A DNA stretch of 64,000 bases. It comes from Candidatus Enterousia sp. GTDB lineage: Bacteria > Pseudomonadota > Alphaproteobacteria > Rs-D84. Within the stretch, counting starts at the first letter, position 1, and every line of letters begins with the position of its first letter. Positions 19,698 to 29,626 of this stretch are shown piece after piece. Position numbers and translations under genes: made by a program. The notes below the pieces were generated by a model. The model did no database searches. It was not told the DNA's origin and worked only from the letters and a program-made list of their open reading frames with translations. Location: the NCBI GenBank assembly GCA_045546075.1, contig JAZQCF010000001.1, forward strand, positions 8,299 to 72,298, read 5' to 3'.

Positions 19698-20411
19698 ATT
19701 TGCGGCGGTGAATACCTTTTGCACATCGTCATTGGCATCCAACGCGTCAACCAATTTTTCGATTTTTGCGTATGCCTCGTCATCTAAATCCATCGGCATA
19801 TTTGGAACCCATGTCAATTCTGCATTTTCCGGTTCGCCCAACACGTCCGCGATTTTCTTTTGAACATTCATAAAATCATCCGGCTTGGTTGTAATAATGA
19901 AACCTTCTTCGGTCGTTTCCAGGTTTTCTGCATCCGCGTCCATAATGATTTCCATCACTTCGTCTTCGGTTTTACCGATTGTTGATGGGTAGAATATTTG
20001 CCCAACGCGTGTGAACATAAACACAACCGAGCCCTCTTCACCCATATTTCCACCATTTTTGGCAAAGATATTACGAACCTCTGGCACTGTGCGCCGTGGG
20101 TTATCGGTCAGGGCCTCGACAATAACGGGAACGGCACCCGGGCCATATCCTTCGTAACGCACGGCAACATAGTTTTCGGTGTTTGAACCCGACGCTTTAT
20201 CAATCGCGCGTTTAATATTATCGTTCGGCATAGAATTTTTGCGTGCCTGTAAAATGGCAAGGCGCAACCGCGGATTGTTATCGGGATTTTTATCACCCAA
20301 TTTTGCCGCCATTGTAATTTCACGTGCCAATTTTGTGAACAGACCACTGCGTGCCGCATCGGCCAGTCCTTTTTTGTGTTGAATATTATGCCACTTGCTG
20401 TGTCCACTCAT
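19695..20411 (-). CDS. yebC: YebC/PmpR family DNA-binding transcriptional regulator
   Basis: MSGHSKWHNIQHKKGLADAARSGLFTKLAREI is the canonical YebC N-terminus. Confidence 0.92.
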   Translation of the reverse strand: MSGHSKWHNIQHKKGLADAARSGLFTKLAREITMAAKLGDKNPDNNPRLRLAILQARKNSMPNDNIKRAIDKASGSNTENYVAVRYEGYGPGAVPVIVEALTDNPRRTVPEVRNIFAKNGGNMGEEGSVVFMFTRVGQIFYPSTIGKTEDEVMEIIMDADAENLETTEEGFIITTKPDDFMNVQKKIADVLGEPENAELTWVPNMPMDLDDEAYAKIEKLVDALDANDDVQKVFTAAN

Positions 20412-20465
20412 TTGTTTGACCTTTTGATTTTATTAGATTAAAATAATATGGCATAAGGATAACAA

Positions 20466-21047
20466 ATGATTGGAAAATTGCAAGGCATTGTTGATTATAT
20501 TGGCAATGACCACATAATTTTGATGACGGGCGGCGTTGGATATATGGTCTATACGCCGGAAACACTGACATTGGGAACAAACATATCCATGTGGATTGAA
20601 ACGGTTGTCCGCGAAGATTCGATTCGTCTGTTTGGGTTTATGAACCAATCGGGGCGCGATTTGTTTAATATGTTGACGGGCGTGTCGGGTGTTGGCCCAC
20701 GGGTTGCGATGTCTATAATGGGAACGATAAAGACCGATACACTTATGACCGCGATTGCAACGGGCGACGCGAAAACGATTTCGACCGCGCCGGGTGTCGG
20801 CAAAAAGATGGCGGAAAAAATTATCGTTGAATTAAAATCACGCGTTGCGGGCGCGTCTGCAAGCCTGTTTACCCCCGATGTATCATCAACCGGTGCGTTG
20901 CCGGATTTGCTGTCTGCGTTGGAATCATTGGGATACCGGCGTATGGATATTATCGATATGGCGCAAAAATTGGTTGCACAAAACCCAACCGCAGACATAA
21001 CAAAACTGGTCCCCATGGCATTACGGGAAATAAGTGGAAATAAATAA
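20466..21047 (+). CDS. ruvA: Holliday junction branch migration complex subunit RuvA
   Basis: MIGKLQGIV..., HhH motifs (LTGVSGVGPRVAMSI; APGVGKKMAEKI) and C-terminal domain III. Confidence 0.9.
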   Translation: MIGKLQGIVDYIGNDHIILMTGGVGYMVYTPETLTLGTNISMWIETVVREDSIRLFGFMNQSGRDLFNMLTGVSGVGPRVAMSIMGTIKTDTLMTAIATGDAKTISTAPGVGKKMAEKIIVELKSRVAGASASLFTPDVSSTGALPDLLSALESLGYRRMDIIDMAQKLVAQNPTADITKLVPMALREISGNK

Positions 21048-21048
21048 T

Positions 21049-22350
21049 ATGAACAATAACGATACAATATTTGCATTATCATCCGGGCATGGGAAATCCG
21101 GCGTTGCAGTGATTCGCATATCGGGCAACAAATTACAAGACTTTGCACAAAAAATTATTGGGCGCGACGGTATCAAACCAAGGCATGCATATTTTACAAA
21201 CCTGGCCGACAATGCGGGGGAAATAATTGACCAATGCGTTGTTATATACTTTGCCGCCCCGCACAGTTTTACCGGCACCGATGTCATAGAGATTCATTCG
21301 CACGGCGCGCCGGCGGTTATAAATAAAATATTTGAATTCCTGGGCGCACACGATATGCGCATTGCAACCCCCGGCGAATTTTCACGGCGCGCGTTTTATA
21401 ACGGCAAAATGGATTTGGCAGATGTTGACGGACTGACCGCGCTGCTGGATGCCGAAACCGATAAACAACGCGCCGCGGCATTAAAATCTATGATGGGTGG
21501 CGATGGTGCGGTTTATGCCGATTGGCGGCAACAAACATTGGAAATTTCCGCCTATGCGGCGGCAATGACCGATTACCCGGCGGATGATTTGCCGGCGAAC
21601 ATAGAACACACCGTTTACGAACGTATAAAAACGCTCTATACGGCGATTTCCGCCGCATTGGCGAAGTATAAAACCGCGCGTGCAATTCGTGGCGGCGTGA
21701 ATATAGTATTGGTCGGCGAAACAAATGTTGGTAAATCTTCGCTGTTTAATCGAATCGTTGGTGCAAACCGCGCGATTGTTTCCGACACGCCCGGCACAAC
21801 ACGCGATGTGGTTTCCGCGAACCTGGATATAGATGGATTCTTGGTAAATTTGTCGGACACGGCGGGCATTCGTGAAACCACCGATTCGGTCGAACGAATC
21901 GGCATAGAACGCACAAACCAAGAGATTGAAAACGCGGATATTGTTTTGCATATTATCACACCAAACGGCGATGCGGCATCGGTTGCGCCGGGGGAAATTC
22001 TGGTTGTCAACAAATGCGACACGGTCGATTCGCGCAACATAGAAAATGCAATCTATGTATCGGCCAAAACTGGGGCGGGATTTGATGAAATGATGCAGAT
22101 AATTCGCACGCGCATAAACGACATTACCGGACGTGGCGAATCGGTTTTAATGATAAACGCACGCACGTATGATTTATTGACAACCGCGGCCCGCGAATTA
22201 GAAAACGCGATGACAAAATCGAACGGCGATTATGATATACTGGCCGAACACGTCCGCTATGCCGCCGATGCGATTGGCAAAATACTTGGCACAATCAATA
22301 CGGCGGAAATCCTGGATGCGACATTTTCACAACTGTGTTTGGGAAAATAA
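21049..22350 (+). CDS. mnmE: tRNA modification GTPase MnmE
   Basis: DTIFALSSGHGKSGVAVIRISG, G-domain (GETNVGKSSLFN; DTAGIRET; NKCD) and the C-terminal CLGK motif. An alternative upstream start at 21034 overlaps ruvA. Confidence 0.92.
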   Translation: MNNNDTIFALSSGHGKSGVAVIRISGNKLQDFAQKIIGRDGIKPRHAYFTNLADNAGEIIDQCVVIYFAAPHSFTGTDVIEIHSHGAPAVINKIFEFLGAHDMRIATPGEFSRRAFYNGKMDLADVDGLTALLDAETDKQRAAALKSMMGGDGAVYADWRQQTLEISAYAAAMTDYPADDLPANIEHTVYERIKTLYTAISAALAKYKTARAIRGGVNIVLVGETNVGKSSLFNRIVGANRAIVSDTPGTTRDVVSANLDIDGFLVNLSDTAGIRETTDSVERIGIERTNQEIENADIVLHIITPNGDAASVAPGEILVVNKCDTVDSRNIENAIYVSAKTGAGFDEMMQIIRTRINDITGRGESVLMINARTYDLLTTAARELENAMTKSNGDYDILAEHVRYAADAIGKILGTINTAEILDATFSQLCLGK

Positions 22351-22361
22351 TGTATTGCTAT

Positions 22362-22922
22362 CTACAGTACACTGCCACCACAATCACATACACCACTTGG
22401 GTTACACTGCAGCCCTCCACCAGTACAACGCAACCCATTACAATCCGTCCCGCTGCTACAAGATACACTAACTTCAACTGTGGTATTTTCTAAATTCCAC
22501 AGAATGCAATTTGGATCTGTTTGTGGCGCGCCGGCCGCCCACGCGGTACAGGTTTTCGTGGTTACGTTTTTTGTCGGCAGCCTGGGAACAGCTTGCGAAA
22601 TTACGTTTCCCAACACACCCCGCGTAACCAGATAATCATCCACACAATCCCCATCTGCATGTGTCACGGCATCACATATAAAACGTTCACCAAGTACACC
22701 GGCATCAGTGGTGTATGTAACAACGGATACACCACCACCGTTTTCTTCGTCATTTACACCCGCCGCCGGGATAGTATTTTGCTTTATTTCATCAAGTTCA
22801 TCATAAAGTGCTGCATCTTGGTTATCAACGTAGGTTTTTGATGTAACGGTTGTATCCGCGAAAACCTGATTAATTGCGATAATTGATGCAACCGCACCAA
22901 TGGTAAGAATTGAAATCCTCAT
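22362..22922 (-). CDS. Exported hypothetical protein with a Cys-rich C-terminus
   Basis: Signal-peptide-like N-terminus (MRISILTIGAVASIIAINQVFA/DT). The C-terminal region is CSSGTDCNGLRCTGGGLQCNPSGVCDCGG. I recognise no family. Confidence 0.5.
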   Translation of the reverse strand: MRISILTIGAVASIIAINQVFADTTVTSKTYVDNQDAALYDELDEIKQNTIPAAGVNDEENGGGVSVVTYTTDAGVLGERFICDAVTHADGDCVDDYLVTRGVLGNVISQAVPRLPTKNVTTKTCTAWAAGAPQTDPNCILWNLENTTVEVSVSCSSGTDCNGLRCTGGGLQCNPSGVCDCGGSVL

Positions 22923-22960
22923 ATTCCTTTCCTTTTTGCTTGTTTGTTAATCTCTCCACC

Positions 22961-23115
22961 GTCATCCCGGGCAGGCCGGGACCCAGGCCGAGCGACAGCG
23001 AGGACCTGCCCCGCAGGGAATTTGGAACGCGCTTTGCGCGTGACAAACATTCACTGTCTGCGACGCAAGTTTACGGCGTTGCCGTAAACTGGATCCCGGC
23101 CTGCGCCGGGATGAC
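22961..23115. mobile_element. MITE-like GC-rich palindromic element (VIPAQAGIQ-type repeat)
   Basis: Terminal inverted repeats GTCATCCCGGGCAGGCCGGGACCCAG (left) and CTGGATCCCGGCCTGCGCCGGGATGAC (right) are about 25/27 complementary. Internal hairpins are GTTTACGGC-GTT-GCCGTAAAC and CGCGC-TTT-GCGCG. The element is much more GC-rich than its flanks. Confidence 0.6.
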
Positions 23116-23330
23116 GACTCTTTTGTCGTGCCTGACGGCGTTGTTTTATGTTTATAATGGTAACAAAAAAGGAACGTTTTTGTCCCCCCACTTTCCGGAT
23201 TTTTCAATCGTTGATTTTACTGAATAATTTTTTCTAAAAAAGCACTGGACAAAAACGTTCGTTTTTTTTGACCACAACGCACAAAGAAACACCCGGAAAT
23301 CCGGGCGTTTTTGCAATCACATTTGAATTT

Positions 23331-24911
23331 TTACTCTTTACGCATTATATATTTGCCATCAATCAAATTCTGGCGAACGATATGATGTTTGACCTTTTGC
23401 GTACTGGTCATCGGCAAATCATCCGTCGTCATTGCAAAGTGTGTAACCCATTTATATGACGCAACTTTCTTATTTGCACGTGCAACCTCGGCCGCCAATT
23501 TTTCCATGGTCATACCCTGCTCTACACTGAACACGCCATATGCAACGGTTTTATCTTTGACGCGATGTTCAAACACCGCGACATTTTTTACGCCCGGAAT
23601 TGTGATAAACAACCCCTCCAATTCATCGGGATAGACATTTTTACCACTGTCCAGAACAATAACCTGTTTTTTACGGCCGGCAAAGTGCAATTCGCCATTT
23701 TTATCCATTGACACCATATCGCCGGTATTAAAGAACCCACGGTCATCAAACACTTCCTTGTTCACGGCATCATTGTTCATATAACCACCAAACACCTGGT
23801 TACCCTTGACCCAGAGTATCCCGACACCATCGGCATTTTTATCGCGAATTTCGACATAATTATTCCGTGTCGGTCCACCAAATGCGAACGGAACACGCCC
23901 TTTGCACGGTTTTGAAATACAGATTGGTCCAACGGTTTCCGTCATACCAAAGCCCTGGATAAACCCAAGCCCCAGTGATGTAAAGAACGTTTCAATTTCC
24001 GGCTTGGTCGCCGCGCCCCCGGCAATCAGCAACTTTACGCGTCCACCAAACACATCCAACACCGGTTTGCGCGCCATATCCACCAATTTCCCAAGGCCAA
24101 TTTTCTTTAACCATCCGGCATTCTTCATAAGGAACGAAAACATCACCCATTTATGCTGGGATTTAATATTATCAATGATTTTGTTACGAAAAACCTCAAA
24201 CAAACGGGGAACCGCCGGAATCACGTGCGGACGATATTGTTTGAAATCCGCCAAGAATTCTTTGGGATTCACGGTCGGCTGTAATACAACCCCCGCCCCA
24301 TACTGCAATGTCGCCAAAACTTCCACCGCGAAACCAAAGATATGATACATCGGCAAAAATCCATACATAACATCGCCAACCTCAAAATATTCGTGCATAT
24401 CCAACAAAGAATTCGCACATTCGGTCAAATTATAGTGTGTCAACGGCACAACCTTGGGTGTGCCGGTTGAACCCGATGTGAACGACAATGTCGCGATATC
24501 TGTATCTTTTAATTTGGCAGGTTTAAGTTTTGGGTTCACATCCCCATCCGCCGTTGTGATTTCAAAGAAATCAAAAACATCTGTTTTATAAAAGAAAGAT
24601 TTTTCTGCGCATATAAACCGACACTTGGTAATACCCGCCATATTGTCATATTCGAACGGGGTCAAATTCGTATCCAGCAATAACACCGTCCCACCAAGGT
24701 ACCATACCGCGAACAATGTAATTGGAAACGCAGGTATATTATGCGACAAAATACCAACAACATCACCCGCACGAACACCGTTCGCGTGTAATGTTGCCGC
24801 GCGCCGCCGAACCATATCCATAAAGCCGGCAAAAGTAACCTGCTCGCGTACAAGATACAATTCGTCCGGCCATTTCGTTACGGCACGGTTCAAAAAATCC
24901 AACATATTCAT
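23331..24911 (-). CDS. AMP-dependent synthetase/ligase (acyl-CoA synthetase family)
   Basis: AMP-binding motif LSFTSGSTGTPKVV, plus GFGMTE and FNTGDM...GRKKQVI. Confidence 0.85.
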   Translation of the reverse strand: MNMLDFLNRAVTKWPDELYLVREQVTFAGFMDMVRRRAATLHANGVRAGDVVGILSHNIPAFPITLFAVWYLGGTVLLLDTNLTPFEYDNMAGITKCRFICAEKSFFYKTDVFDFFEITTADGDVNPKLKPAKLKDTDIATLSFTSGSTGTPKVVPLTHYNLTECANSLLDMHEYFEVGDVMYGFLPMYHIFGFAVEVLATLQYGAGVVLQPTVNPKEFLADFKQYRPHVIPAVPRLFEVFRNKIIDNIKSQHKWVMFSFLMKNAGWLKKIGLGKLVDMARKPVLDVFGGRVKLLIAGGAATKPEIETFFTSLGLGFIQGFGMTETVGPICISKPCKGRVPFAFGGPTRNNYVEIRDKNADGVGILWVKGNQVFGGYMNNDAVNKEVFDDRGFFNTGDMVSMDKNGELHFAGRKKQVIVLDSGKNVYPDELEGLFITIPGVKNVAVFEHRVKDKTVAYGVFSVEQGMTMEKLAAEVARANKKVASYKWVTHFAMTTDDLPMTSTQKVKHHIVRQNLIDGKYIMRKE

Positions 24912-24980
24912 AACTAAAAATCCTTGTTGTTTTTATAAATCACAAAGACTATTATATTCATAAAAGGAAATATTGCAAAT

Positions 24981-25751
24981 ATGAAAATACTGACACTGAA
25001 TATAAACTCTATACGTGCACACATTGAATCATTTTTGGATTTATTAAAATCCGGCGAATACGACACAATTTTGGTCCAAGAATTAAAGGTCGAATCCGGA
25101 AATTTCCCACACACACTGTTCGAAGAATACGGATACAATATTCGGGTTTTTGGACAAAAAAGTTGGAATGGTGTCGCGGTATTTTCAAAATTCTCAATCG
25201 AAGATGTTATTCGTGGTATGCCGAATTATGGCGACCCAAACGCACGATTCTTGGAATGCGTTGTTGACGGACGCGTGCGCATTATCAATGTATATATGCC
25301 AAACGGCGACAATATTGAATCGCCCAAGTTTCAATATAAATTGGAATGGATGCGCGCATTTACCGATTATATATCCCAATACTTGGACAGCGAAGAATCG
25401 GTTATAATCGGTGGCGATTTTAATGTCGCAATAACCGACCAAGACATATGGAACCCCAAAAATTATGTGGGTTCCAGTATTTCTGCCCCGGCGGCACGCG
25501 AAATTATGCAACAATGGATAGATTCAGGTTGGATGGATGTTTGGCGCACTATGCACCCGGACGAAATTGACTATACATGGTATGGATATCGTGGACGTGA
25601 TACAATCGGCAATGGCCAAGGTTTACGTCTTGATTATTTCTTGGCGAATCGGGCGGCGGCAAAACAAATCAAAACCTGCGAGATAGACAAATCGCCCCGT
25701 ATGGCGGACAAACCAACCGACCATTGCGGTTTAATGATTAAAATTTGTTAA
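24981..25751 (+). CDS. xthA: Exodeoxyribonuclease III
   Basis: MKILTLNINSIRAH...VQELK...IIGGDFNVA...DYTWYGYR...LRLDYFL...SDHC-like PTDHCGL. Confidence 0.9.
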   Translation: MKILTLNINSIRAHIESFLDLLKSGEYDTILVQELKVESGNFPHTLFEEYGYNIRVFGQKSWNGVAVFSKFSIEDVIRGMPNYGDPNARFLECVVDGRVRIINVYMPNGDNIESPKFQYKLEWMRAFTDYISQYLDSEESVIIGGDFNVAITDQDIWNPKNYVGSSISAPAAREIMQQWIDSGWMDVWRTMHPDEIDYTWYGYRGRDTIGNGQGLRLDYFLANRAAAKQIKTCEIDKSPRMADKPTDHCGLMIKIC

Positions 25752-28270
25752 TCACGCTCGTCCGCGCGCGCAAAGTCATCATATTCTTTATACTTTACAT
25801 CACCGGTTCGACGATATTCATATCCAAAATTGCCGGATGAATATGCCTTGAACAGTTCTGTAACCTTGAAAACCGCAGCGTTTATCATTTCATTTGTGGT
25901 CGCACCATCATATTGAATTGGGCGCACATCCCCGGCGCGTAATTGTAAAAATTCCATTGTCGGCATAAAATCTTGATTCGCCCTATACGGCGGGAATCCG
26001 CCATTTTTCAGCATATATGCCTCTAATGGTAACTGTGGCATATTGCCCAACGATAACTGATTTTTATTCGGGGCGGAACCCGTTTTTATATCCAAAACAC
26101 CGGTTTCCCAAATTCTATCTGCACGTGCGCGAACTGTGCGCCCCGCAATTTTGATGGCACCTTCAATTTCATTTTTGGAATTCGGTGTACGTGCCAACAT
26201 ATCAGCAATCGCCGGTGCCATTTCAACAAAACGCCGATGCCAAAACCAGAATATCAAACTGTTACGCCCCAATTTGTCACGGGCACGCGCGTCCATTTCT
26301 GCAACCAAATAATCTGCCGTACACGTAGAATCCGCGTGTTCAATTACATCATGAACCAAATTACCAAAATCCCGTGCATCGGGCGGCAACCAATAATCAT
26401 CAATTTTGCGCAGGCGCAATATATGATGCACATAGAACACATACGGGTTGTGTATCAATTTTTCAATTTCTGTAACAAATACATCGGTCAAATCGGCCGG
26501 TGGAATCGGGTCGCTATAATCCAGTGGGACAAAGTCTGTATCATCACGCGCCCGCACAGATTTCAATATTTCTGCACCCGTGGCGGTATCAAATTTTCCG
26601 CGTGCCACAATCACACGCGATATAAAACGTGATTCCATCGTTTGCACGCCGCCCGATGTAGTGCTGCGCGTCCAATACACATCCGCACCGCACGAAAGAT
26701 TCATAAAATCCAACGCCATAAGCGAAACCTTGTGATCCGGTGACGGCAGGCCTATTTTGTCTGCAACCGCGCGTGGCAGCCACGGGTTTTCATAACCACG
26801 CGCCGGAAACATACCATCATTCAATCCGGTCAATATCACAACATCCGCCGTCTGCATACGTGATTCTATTGTTCCCAAAACAACAACCTGGGCAGAATCA
26901 TTCATTGTCCCACGCACACGTACCCCGGATAACGCGTCCGCAATAAACGCACGCGCATCATTTATATCAACCCGTATTTTTTGCACATCTAAACAGTTCG
27001 ATAACTGTTTTATTTGGGTCCAAATTTGAATACTTGCCGCATCTTCTATATCAAACCGCGGCGACAAATTATCCATTTGGTTTTCAACAATATATGCGAC
27101 CGTTTCAAATAAATCACAACCACATCGATTGTATATTTGTTGAAAGTTATCCGCGCCCGAATCAATCCAATCATCTAAAACATTCAGTATTGCGCGCCCC
27201 ACCGGCGTTGCAGTTCCAATTTGTCCACCGGAAAAATCTGCGGTAATTTTACGTGCATCAAATTCAGTCATCAAACGTTGGTTACCCGCGGAATCCGGCG
27301 TTATAATCAAAACAGATTTATTTTCTGCGACCGCGCGCGCGGCAATATCGGCAACGGCGGCGGCCTCTTCGGCCTCACGCAAGGCAACAACCAAATGACA
27401 ATTCGATAAATTGTATTCACCAAAATCGCTGTATACGTTGGAAAACGCGCGATTCATAAAATCTATGTGTGATTTTCCAACATCAATTTCCTGAACAGAT
27501 TTATAATCAACACCTATTTCACACAAGAATTTATATTCCGCATTATATGGATGTGTGTCCAATTCAAAATCACTGCACGCACCGGAAATCCGCCCAGACA
27601 GAATAATTCGCCCATTTGGCAAATTCGCAACAACCGACATCAATTTACGCGTTGTTGGAACACTGGCCGTGGAACCACAGACAATAACCAAAGAATCATC
27701 AGCCGGCATTTGTTTAACATAATCACACCACGCGTATGCATCGCGATTCCGGCGTTTTACATCTGTTTCACGACCGCGAAAAACATCAACAGATGCACGC
27801 GCAAGTATATTCAAAAGTTCGGCTTTGTCCTGAAAATGTTTTGCATATTTTTCATCAACCAAGTTTGTCCAATCTATATCTGCAATATCTATGCCGCTGT
27901 TTTCCAGGTAATCTTGCATAGTAATCAATGTTCGCGCAATCGGCAATGCGGTGGAAATATTTCGAATATTTGGCAACGCGGCAATCATATACGCCACAAC
28001 AACCACACGTTCCAATTCAGGGATTGTATCATTATAATTTTCATCCGCAATATCATCCAACCCTTCGCCCAACGGAACTATCCGTGGCAAAATCGCCGCC
28101 CCGCCCGATTTTTCCGCAATCATTTTTTCAACACTTCTTGCGGCGCGACGACTTGGGACAAACAATAAAATATTTGGAATTGGAACGCCTGATTCGGTCA
28201 TAACACGCCACAGACCGTCCATAATCTTGGCGGGATTCGATACACAAAAAATATTTTTATTTAATTCCAA
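25748..28270 (-). CDS. addB: Double-strand break repair protein AddB (alphaproteobacterial type)
   Basis: N-terminus LLFVPSRRAARSVEKMI...AILPRIVPLGE and a C-terminal PD-(D/E)XK region ARADRIWETGVLDIKTGSAPNKNQLSLGNMPQLPLEAYML. The protein is 840 aa. Confidence 0.75.
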   Translation of the reverse strand: MELNKNIFCVSNPAKIMDGLWRVMTESGVPIPNILLFVPSRRAARSVEKMIAEKSGGAAILPRIVPLGEGLDDIADENYNDTIPELERVVVVAYMIAALPNIRNISTALPIARTLITMQDYLENSGIDIADIDWTNLVDEKYAKHFQDKAELLNILARASVDVFRGRETDVKRRNRDAYAWCDYVKQMPADDSLVIVCGSTASVPTTRKLMSVVANLPNGRIILSGRISGACSDFELDTHPYNAEYKFLCEIGVDYKSVQEIDVGKSHIDFMNRAFSNVYSDFGEYNLSNCHLVVALREAEEAAAVADIAARAVAENKSVLIITPDSAGNQRLMTEFDARKITADFSGGQIGTATPVGRAILNVLDDWIDSGADNFQQIYNRCGCDLFETVAYIVENQMDNLSPRFDIEDAASIQIWTQIKQLSNCLDVQKIRVDINDARAFIADALSGVRVRGTMNDSAQVVVLGTIESRMQTADVVILTGLNDGMFPARGYENPWLPRAVADKIGLPSPDHKVSLMALDFMNLSCGADVYWTRSTTSGGVQTMESRFISRVIVARGKFDTATGAEILKSVRARDDTDFVPLDYSDPIPPADLTDVFVTEIEKLIHNPYVFYVHHILRLRKIDDYWLPPDARDFGNLVHDVIEHADSTCTADYLVAEMDARARDKLGRNSLIFWFWHRRFVEMAPAIADMLARTPNSKNEIEGAIKIAGRTVRARADRIWETGVLDIKTGSAPNKNQLSLGNMPQLPLEAYMLKNGGFPPYRANQDFMPTMEFLQLRAGDVRPIQYDGATTNEMINAAVFKVTELFKAYSSGNFGYEYRRTGDVKYKEYDDFARADERD

Positions 28271-28811
28271 TTATCGCCCTTATACTTTCGATTCCGCGCT
28301 TTTTTTCCGCCGAAGTTTCCAATATATCGGCAATCATTGCGGGGTGTTGCATATGATCCAATGCAACCTGATTTGTTTCGCGAACACGTTTATCTTTTTT
28401 GGTGTAAACAATTTGGTATGGTATTCCGTTCAAATCACAAAAATTCATCAGTTCTATATCGGTATCACGCGGCCCGATTCGCGAATCGATTAAAATAAAC
28501 AGTCTTTTCATTTGTCGGCGCGTGGTTATATATTCTTGAAATCGCACCAGCCATCGTTCCGCATCCGTCCGCGACACACGCGCATATCCATAGCCCGGCA
28601 AATCAATAATTGTTACTTTATCGTGCACATTAAACATATTCAGTGTCTGTGTCCGCCCCGGCGTGTTCGACGTTCGCGCGACACTTTGTCCCAGAATTGC
28701 ATTTATCAACGAAGATTTACCAACATTACTGCGCCCGGCAAACGCATATTCCGGGAATTGAGTTTCCGGCAAATCACACACACGTTCAAAACCGCCAACA
28801 AACTTTATCAT
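28257..28811 (-). CDS. engB: Ribosome biogenesis GTP-binding protein YihA/YsxC
   Basis: EYAFAGRSNVGKSSLINAI, DLPGYGYA and TKKDK G-motifs. Confidence 0.9.
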   Translation of the reverse strand: MIKFVGGFERVCDLPETQFPEYAFAGRSNVGKSSLINAILGQSVARTSNTPGRTQTLNMFNVHDKVTIIDLPGYGYARVSRTDAERWLVRFQEYITTRRQMKRLFILIDSRIGPRDTDIELMNFCDLNGIPYQIVYTKKDKRVRETNQVALDHMQHPAMIADILETSAEKKRGIESIRAIIGIK

Positions 28812-29605
28812 TTATCCCCCGTTTTGTTCAGCATACGTTTATATGCCTCTTTTTTAGATATACCGGTGCGCGCCGCCAAATCCGCCGCCGCGTCCTTGGT
28901 AGAATTTGCCACAACATCATTCACAATTTGCGATATTTCCGCATCTGTCATTTTATGTTCTGGGGCGGGCGCAATAACCAAAACTATTTCACCACGCGGG
29001 TCATCAATATTCATTAAATCGGCCGGATATCCAATAATGGTTTCTTCGTGAATTTTTGTAATTTCGCGCACAATGGCAACCTTTCTTTCCGGCATAACCC
29101 GTGCGATTGCGGCAATGGCAGATTTTACACGATTTGGACTTTCGTAATAAATAATAGTATGGCGAATTTTATTGTCTTCACGTAATTTTTTTTCATCAAA
29201 GAACCCACAAAACGTGAACCGGTCGGTTGGAAAGCCCGACAACACCAACGCCGATACCGCCGCCGTTGGCCCCGGCACAACAAACACCGGCAATTTTGCA
29301 TCACGTGCGGCACGAACGATTCTAAATCCGGGGTCGCTGATTCCTGGCATACCGGCATCACTTACCACCGCAACCGATGCACCACCACGAATTTTTTCTA
29401 TTAAACCATCAATTACATCACGTTCATTATGTTCGTGACAGGATACACGCGGTGTCTTGATATCAAAATGCGATGCGATTTTGCCGAACACGCGTGTATC
29501 TTCGGCGGCGACAATGTCCGCATTTTTCAAAACATCAATCGCGCGCGGCGACAAATCGGCCAAATTACCAATCGGCGTTCCAACAATGTAAAGCCCTGTT
29601 TGCAT
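28808..29605 (-). CDS. rsmI: 16S rRNA (cytidine1402-2'-O)-methyltransferase RsmI
   Basis: LYIVGTPIGNLADLSPRAIDVLKNADIVAAEDTR...VSDAGMPGISDPG. Confidence 0.9.
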   Translation of the reverse strand: MQTGLYIVGTPIGNLADLSPRAIDVLKNADIVAAEDTRVFGKIASHFDIKTPRVSCHEHNERDVIDGLIEKIRGGASVAVVSDAGMPGISDPGFRIVRAARDAKLPVFVVPGPTAAVSALVLSGFPTDRFTFCGFFDEKKLREDNKIRHTIIYYESPNRVKSAIAAIARVMPERKVAIVREITKIHEETIIGYPADLMNIDDPRGEIVLVIAPAPEHKMTDAEISQIVNDVVANSTKDAAADLAARTGISKKEAYKRMLNKTGDK

Positions 29606-29626
29606 TTCTAAATCCTTTGTAGTAAA

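Noticed and set aside
22910-23227. ORFs of 105 aa (+) and 81 aa (-) across the GC-rich element
   Set aside because: They read through the inverted repeats of the MITE-like element (VIPGRPGP / IPACAGMT strings), which is characteristic of spurious repeat-encoded ORFs.
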